From Sandaracinaceae bacterium (lineage in GTDB: Bacteria > Myxococcota_A > Polyangia > Polyangiales > Sandaracinaceae): a stretch of 64,000 nucleotides of DNA. Under the pieces are notes generated by a model that saw only the letters and a program-made list of their open reading frames with translations, made no database searches and was not told where the DNA came from. The translations under genes were made by a program, and so were the position numbers. The DNA lies in the NCBI GenBank assembly GCA_044220955.1, contig JBGAQA010000021.1, forward strand, positions 1-64,000. Direction: 5' to 3'. This document shows, piece by piece, positions 59,663 through 64,000 of the stretch; the stretch's first letter is position 1, and each line of letters starts with the position of its first letter.

Positions 59663-60581
59663 GGGGCGCCGTCGGGCTCGTCGTCGTCCCCGTCGAGGTC
59701 GGCGCATGCACCTCGCCGCGCATCACGCGACGGTTGAGATCGGCGAGCCGGTGCCGGACGTCGACGGCGAACGCGCCGTGCGGCCAGCGCCGCATGTAGG
59801 TCCGCAGGGCCGCGCGCGCCTCGTCGATCTCGCCGAGGGTCTCGGCGCAGTCGGCGAACAGGAGGAGCGCGTCGTCCTGTAGCTCGCGGTCGACGGTCTG
59901 CTCCGCGACCTCGGCCGCCAGATCCTTGGCGCGCGCGTCCTGGCCCAGGTGGCGCAGCGCGCGCGCGAGCTCGAGCTTGACCGCGGGCGTGTGCGGGCCG
60001 TCCTCGCTGAGCCGCAGCGACTCCTGGAAGGCCTCGGCGGCCTCGGCGTAGCGGGCGGTGCGGACGAGATCCATGCCGTTCTGGTAGGCCTCGACGCTGA
60101 GATCCTCGGTGAACTGGTCGACGGTGTCGCGGAAGAAGGCGGCCTCCGCCGACGAGAGCTGCTCGCGACGCACCTCGGGGTAGTGCTCGACCACCTCCTG
60201 CCGGCGGTGCTCGCGGATCATGCGGTAGAAGGACGACGCCTCGTTCTCCGCGTGGGCGCGCGCTTCGGCGCGGGCCGTCTCCTCGCGCAGGTCGCGCTGC
60301 AGGGCCTGGACCTGCTGCTCGAGCTCGGTCGTCTCGCCCCGCGCGTCGTTCACGCGCTGCTCGGTGCCCCACCAGAGGCCGAGGAACGAGATGGCGGCGA
60401 AGAGCGTGTACGCGACGGCGCTGTTGAGGTTGAAGCGGCGCTCGTAGCCTGCCTGGCGCTTGGCGATCGACTTGATGTCGGCCGCGAGCGAGTTGGTCAG
60501 GTTGCCCGTCTTGATGACGAGCCCCCGGGACTCGATGATCTCGCGCTTGATCTCGCGGATCTCCTCGTCGGCATCGGCCAT
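59652..60581 (-). CDS. Membrane-anchored coiled-coil and TPR protein (CpoB/YbgF-like C-terminus)
   Basis: TM, coiled coil, YQNG......RY.EA...[15 protein letters not shown]. Confidence 0.7.
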   Translation of the reverse strand: MADADEEIREIKREIIESRGLVIKTGNLTNSLAADIKSIAKRQAGYERRFNLNSAVAYTLFAAISFLGLWWGTEQRVNDARGETTELEQQVQALQRDLREETARAEARAHAENEASSFYRMIREHRRQEVVEHYPEVRREQLSSAEAAFFRDTVDQFTEDLSVEAYQNGMDLVRTARYAEAAEAFQESLRLSEDGPHTPAVKLELARALRHLGQDARAKDLAAEVAEQTVDRELQDDALLLFADCAETLGEIDEARAALRTYMRRWPHGAFAVDVRHRLADLNRRVMRGEVHAPTSTGTTTSPTAPHAP

Positions 60582-60690
60582 GAATCGGGACAGCTAGCCG
60601 CGATCCGGGGCGCTCGCAAGCGTGGCCCGGCCGGCGCCGCGTCTTGACGCCGCGAAGCCCGACGAATTAGAACCGTCGCGGAGGTTCCCG

Positions 60691-61107
60691 ATGCGCAAGC
60701 TCCTCGCTGGTCTGTGTCTCGCCCTGGCGCTGCAGCTCACCGGTGCTGGCTGCGGTGGTGGCCACAGCTACGACATCCGCGGAACGCAGCGCGACCCCGG
60801 CGCCGACGCGCACGTGCAGATCGAGAACATCGAGGGTGGCAACCACCTCATCACGATCACGGTCCGCAACCTCACGCCGCCGGACCGCCTGGGCACGGGC
60901 AACACCGCGTTCGTCGTCTGGGTGCGCCAGGACGGCGGGCAGACCTCGCTGGCGAGCCGCCTCGAGTACCAGCAGGACCAGCGGACGGGCCGTGCGACGG
61001 CGACGACGCCGGCGGGCCACTTCACGCTCCTCATCACCGCGGAGCGCACGGCTCAGGTCACGCAGCCGAGCGACTTCGTCGTCTTCCAGCAGAACGTGGC
61101 GCTCTGA
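60691..61107 (+). CDS. Hypothetical beta-sandwich lipoprotein
   Basis: SD GGAGG; GAGC lipobox; NL.PP.RL......FVVW...ITAE. Confidence 0.75.
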   Translation: MRKLLAGLCLALALQLTGAGCGGGHSYDIRGTQRDPGADAHVQIENIEGGNHLITITVRNLTPPDRLGTGNTAFVVWVRQDGGQTSLASRLEYQQDQRTGRATATTPAGHFTLLITAERTAQVTQPSDFVVFQQNVAL

Positions 61108-61203
61108 CCCCTGTTCGGCGCTCACGGAGAGATGGCGGCGAGCGCGGGCATCGGCTAGATAGCCGCCCTCCCCGCGGGGCCATCGCGGGGCAGCAGGCAG
61201 GCC

Positions 61204-61767
61204 ATGTACGACACGTCCGATATCCGGAAGAATCTGAAGTTCTTGCTCGAGGGCGTCCCGGTCCTCGTGGTGGACTTCCAGTTCGTCAAGCCCGGCAAGG
61301 GGCAGGCGTTCACGCGGACCAAGCTCCGCAACATGCTCACCGGCACGATGCTCGAGCGCACGTTCAAGACGGGCGAGAAGTTCGAGAAGGCGGACATGGA
61401 GGAGCGCCAGCAGCAGTTCCTCTACCCCGAGGGCGACAAGTTCGTGTTCATGGACACGAAGTCCTACGAGCAGCTCTACCTGTCGAAGGAGCAGCTGGGT
61501 GAGGCGGCGATGTTCATCCAGGATGGGATGATGGTCGACGTGCTCTTCTGGAACGAGCGCCCGATCGGCGTCACGCCCCCGACCTTCGTCGAGCTCAGGA
61601 TCGTGGAGACGGAGCCGGGGTTCAAGGGCGACACCAGCACCAACACGCTCAAGCCCGCCAAGCTCGAGACGGGCGCCACGGTCGGCGTGCCGCTCTTCGT
61701 CAACGAAGGCGACACGATCAAGATCGACACGCGCACCTACGAGTACGTCGAGCGCGTCAAGAAGTGA
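61204..61767 (+). CDS. efp: Elongation factor P
   Basis: VKPGKGQAF (Lys at the modified position), FLY, TEPGFKGDT, VPLFVNEG...IDTR. Confidence 0.97.
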   Translation: MYDTSDIRKNLKFLLEGVPVLVVDFQFVKPGKGQAFTRTKLRNMLTGTMLERTFKTGEKFEKADMEERQQQFLYPEGDKFVFMDTKSYEQLYLSKEQLGEAAMFIQDGMMVDVLFWNERPIGVTPPTFVELRIVETEPGFKGDTSTNTLKPAKLETGATVGVPLFVNEGDTIKIDTRTYEYVERVKK

Positions 61768-62966
61768 GGACGATCGGCGAGGCGCTCGGCGCCCCGGCCG
61801 GTACGTCGCTCGAGGTCGGAGGACGCATCACGCTGCGCGAGGGGCGGCGCGCGCGCATCGAGGACGCGCTCGACGCGATCGATGCGCAGGGCGAGGGCTG
61901 GCCCGAGGAGGGCTCGCTCGTCGTCGTCGGCGGCACCCGGACGGAGCAAGGCATCGCGGTGGGTCGGCTCGAGGTGGTCGGCCGACCGACGGCGCCCTTC
62001 CCTCGCGCGGGCGGCGAGGTGCGCGCCCTGACGGATGGCGGGCGGCGGCGGGCGCGGGCGCTCGTCGCTCGCCACACGGTGCTCGACGCAATCCGTACCT
62101 TCTTCCGTGACCGCGGCTTCGTCGAGGTGGAGACCCCCTGCGCGGTCCCCTCCCCCGGGCTCGACGTCCACCTCGCGGCGCTCGGCGTCACCGGGCTGCG
62201 CGCGGAGCGCTGGCTCGCGACGAGCCCGGAGTACCAGATGAAGCGGCTGCTCGTGGGCGGCATGCCGCGCATCTTCCAGCTGGGGCGCGCCTTCCGCGCC
62301 GACGAGTCGGGCGCGCGGCACCAGCCCGAGTTCACCCTGCTCGAGTGGTACCGCGGGTTCTCGCACGCCGAGGCGGTGATGCGCGACACCGAGGAGCTCG
62401 TGCTCGCCCTCGCGCTCGAGCTGAACGGCACGAGCGAGGTCACCACGGAGCGCGGGCCGCTCGACGTGCAGACGCCCTGGGAGCGGCTCCCGGTCGCCCA
62501 CGCGTTCGCGCGCTACGCGGGCGCCGACCTGGCGGAGGTGCTGCCCGACGAGGAGCGTTTCTTCCGCATCCTGGTCGAGCAGGTCGAGCCCGAGCTCGGC
62601 CGCGGACGGCCGGTGTTCCTCACCGAGTGGCCGCCGACGATGGCGTCCCTCGCCCGCCTCGTGCCGGGATCGTCACCGCCGGTCGCCGATCGATTCGAGG
62701 CGTTCGTCGACACGCTCGAGCTGTGCAACGGCTTCGGCGAGCTCACCGATCCGGTCGAGCAGCGACGGCGCCTGGAGCACGACCGGCTCGAGCGGGCGCG
62801 GCTCGGGCTGCCCGTGTACCCGCTCGACGAGCGCTTCGTCTCGGCGCTGGAGGAAGGGATGCCGCCGAGCGGCGGCAACGCGCTGGGCGTCGACCGCCTG
62901 CTGATGCTGCTCACCGGGGCGCGCGACCTGCGCGACGTGATCGCGTTCCCGGACGACCGGCTCTGA
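61764..62966 (+). CDS. epmA: EF-P lysine aminoacylase (GenX/PoxA) with N-terminal extension
   Basis: GTGA coupling to efp; FF..RGFVEVETP, TSPEYQMKRLL, FRADE...RHQPEFTLLEWY, ELCNGFGELTD, G.ALGVDRL. Confidence 0.9.
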   Translation: MRTIGEALGAPAGTSLEVGGRITLREGRRARIEDALDAIDAQGEGWPEEGSLVVVGGTRTEQGIAVGRLEVVGRPTAPFPRAGGEVRALTDGGRRRARALVARHTVLDAIRTFFRDRGFVEVETPCAVPSPGLDVHLAALGVTGLRAERWLATSPEYQMKRLLVGGMPRIFQLGRAFRADESGARHQPEFTLLEWYRGFSHAEAVMRDTEELVLALALELNGTSEVTTERGPLDVQTPWERLPVAHAFARYAGADLAEVLPDEERFFRILVEQVEPELGRGRPVFLTEWPPTMASLARLVPGSSPPVADRFEAFVDTLELCNGFGELTDPVEQRRRLEHDRLERARLGLPVYPLDERFVSALEEGMPPSGGNALGVDRLLMLLTGARDLRDVIAFPDDRL

Positions 62967-62992
62967 AGCGCCGTTCGGCGTACCTTCCCCGG

Positions 62993-63952
62993 GTGAGGCT
63001 CCGCCCGATCCCCCGCGCGCTCGGGGCCGCCGTGTGCGTGCTCGCCGCCGGCTGCGCCGGCGGGATCGTGCTGCACCTGCGCGTGCCTCGCCCCGCGGAG
63101 ATCCCCGCGCGCGCCTACCCCGTCGTCTACGTCGCGGCGAGCGACGACGGGGCCTCGGCCGATGCGGCGGCGGCGATCGCCCGGCACCTCGAGAGCGGGG
63201 CGACGCGCGTGGTCTCGGTCCCCGCGTCCTCGCTCCTCGCGAGCGCGCGGGCCGAGCCCGCGGCGACCCTGGCGCTCCTGATCACCGCGAGCGTCGGCGA
63301 GCGCGAGGACACGGGCATGTCCGTTCCCACCGCGCGCTGCGCGCCGGGCGCGCCTTGCTTCGGCTACCCCGAGCGGCTGCCCCTGGACGTGGCGTTCCAG
63401 GTCGCGCGCGTCGCGGTCCGCGCGTTCGATCCACGGTCCGGCAGCGAGCTCGGTCACGCGAGCGTCGAGGAAGAAGAGCGCGAGCCGACCCCGCTGGCGG
63501 CGCAGCTCACGGCCCTCTCGCGGGCGCGCGACGCCGCGCTGGGGCTCTTCGACGTCCGCGACGAGCCGCTCGAGATCGAGCTCGACGACCCCCGGGACGA
63601 GCGAGGCCGCGCCGCGCTCGAGGAGGCGCGCGCGGGCCGAGTCCGCGCCGCCAGGCGGGCGATCGAGGCCCGGCTCGCCGATGCCATCCCGGAGGAGCGC
63701 GCGCGCGCGGCGCTCACGTTCGACCTCGGCCAGCTCGTCCGCGTCGACGTCGATGCGCACGCCGCAGACCCCGTCGCCGAGGAGACGGCACGGCTCGACG
63801 CCGCCGAGGCCCACATCGTCGCGGCGCTCCGGATGGTGCCGGACGCCCGCTACGAGCGGGCGCTGCAACAGCTCCGCGCGGAGCGCACCGCTCGCGAGGA
63901 CGTCCGTGCCCAGCAGGCCGCCGCGGACGCGAACTTCGGCGCCACGCCCTGA
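62993..63952 (+). CDS. Hypothetical lipoprotein
   Basis: AAGC lipobox; RPAEI motif, alpha/beta domain then helical C-terminus; TACCTT 6 nt upstream. Confidence 0.65.
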   Translation: MRLRPIPRALGAAVCVLAAGCAGGIVLHLRVPRPAEIPARAYPVVYVAASDDGASADAAAAIARHLESGATRVVSVPASSLLASARAEPAATLALLITASVGEREDTGMSVPTARCAPGAPCFGYPERLPLDVAFQVARVAVRAFDPRSGSELGHASVEEEEREPTPLAAQLTALSRARDAALGLFDVRDEPLEIELDDPRDERGRAALEEARAGRVRAARRAIEARLADAIPEERARAALTFDLGQLVRVDVDAHAADPVAEETARLDAAEAHIVAALRMVPDARYERALQQLRAERTAREDVRAQQAAADANFGATP

Positions 63953-63965
63953 CGAGGCGGACGCG

Positions 63966-64000
63966 TCAGATGCTCACGTAGAGGAACGCGAGGCACATCT
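63966..64000 (-). CDS. 3' end of a gene entering from beyond the window
   Basis: ..MCLAFLYVSI* ending at tca 63966-68, convergent with the preceding gene. Confidence 0.35.
   Translation of the reverse strand, partial: MCLAFLYVSI

Overview
Very GC-rich chromosomal segment, most likely from a myxobacterium (Myxococcota, Polyangiales/Sandaracinaceae-like). The inference rests on a giant TPR protein, PEGA, AgmX/PglI-like and MXAN_5187-like domains, and many Cys-rich lipoproteins. About 60 real genes are present; most long ORFs in the track are shadow frames. Recognisable housekeeping genes: hutU, eukaryotic-type UDP-sugar pyrophosphorylase, comEA-like, yfgM-bamB-like pair, hpt, lysC, pabA/trpG, metG, uppP-manC-pmm, oppD/F-like ATPases, efp-epmA. 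No rRNA, tRNA, CRISPR array, integrase or transposase was seen. Most notable observations: (1) a 165-bp in-register imperfect palindrome (227-391) flanked by a chimeric receiver/enoyl-CoA-hydratase mini-ORF and a 20-bp tandem duplication; (2) an envelope operon with an atypical CX10CH lipoprotein, an SH3-beta-barrel, DUF4266 and DUF3570, without the thioredoxin/ApbE partners usually found with them; (3) an EpmA with an N-terminal OB-fold-like extension; (4) TAnnnT boxes 6-9 nt before many start codons, suggesting leaderless transcription; (5) several apparent pseudo-enzymes or variant active sites. All family calls come from motif recognition by eye, not database searches.
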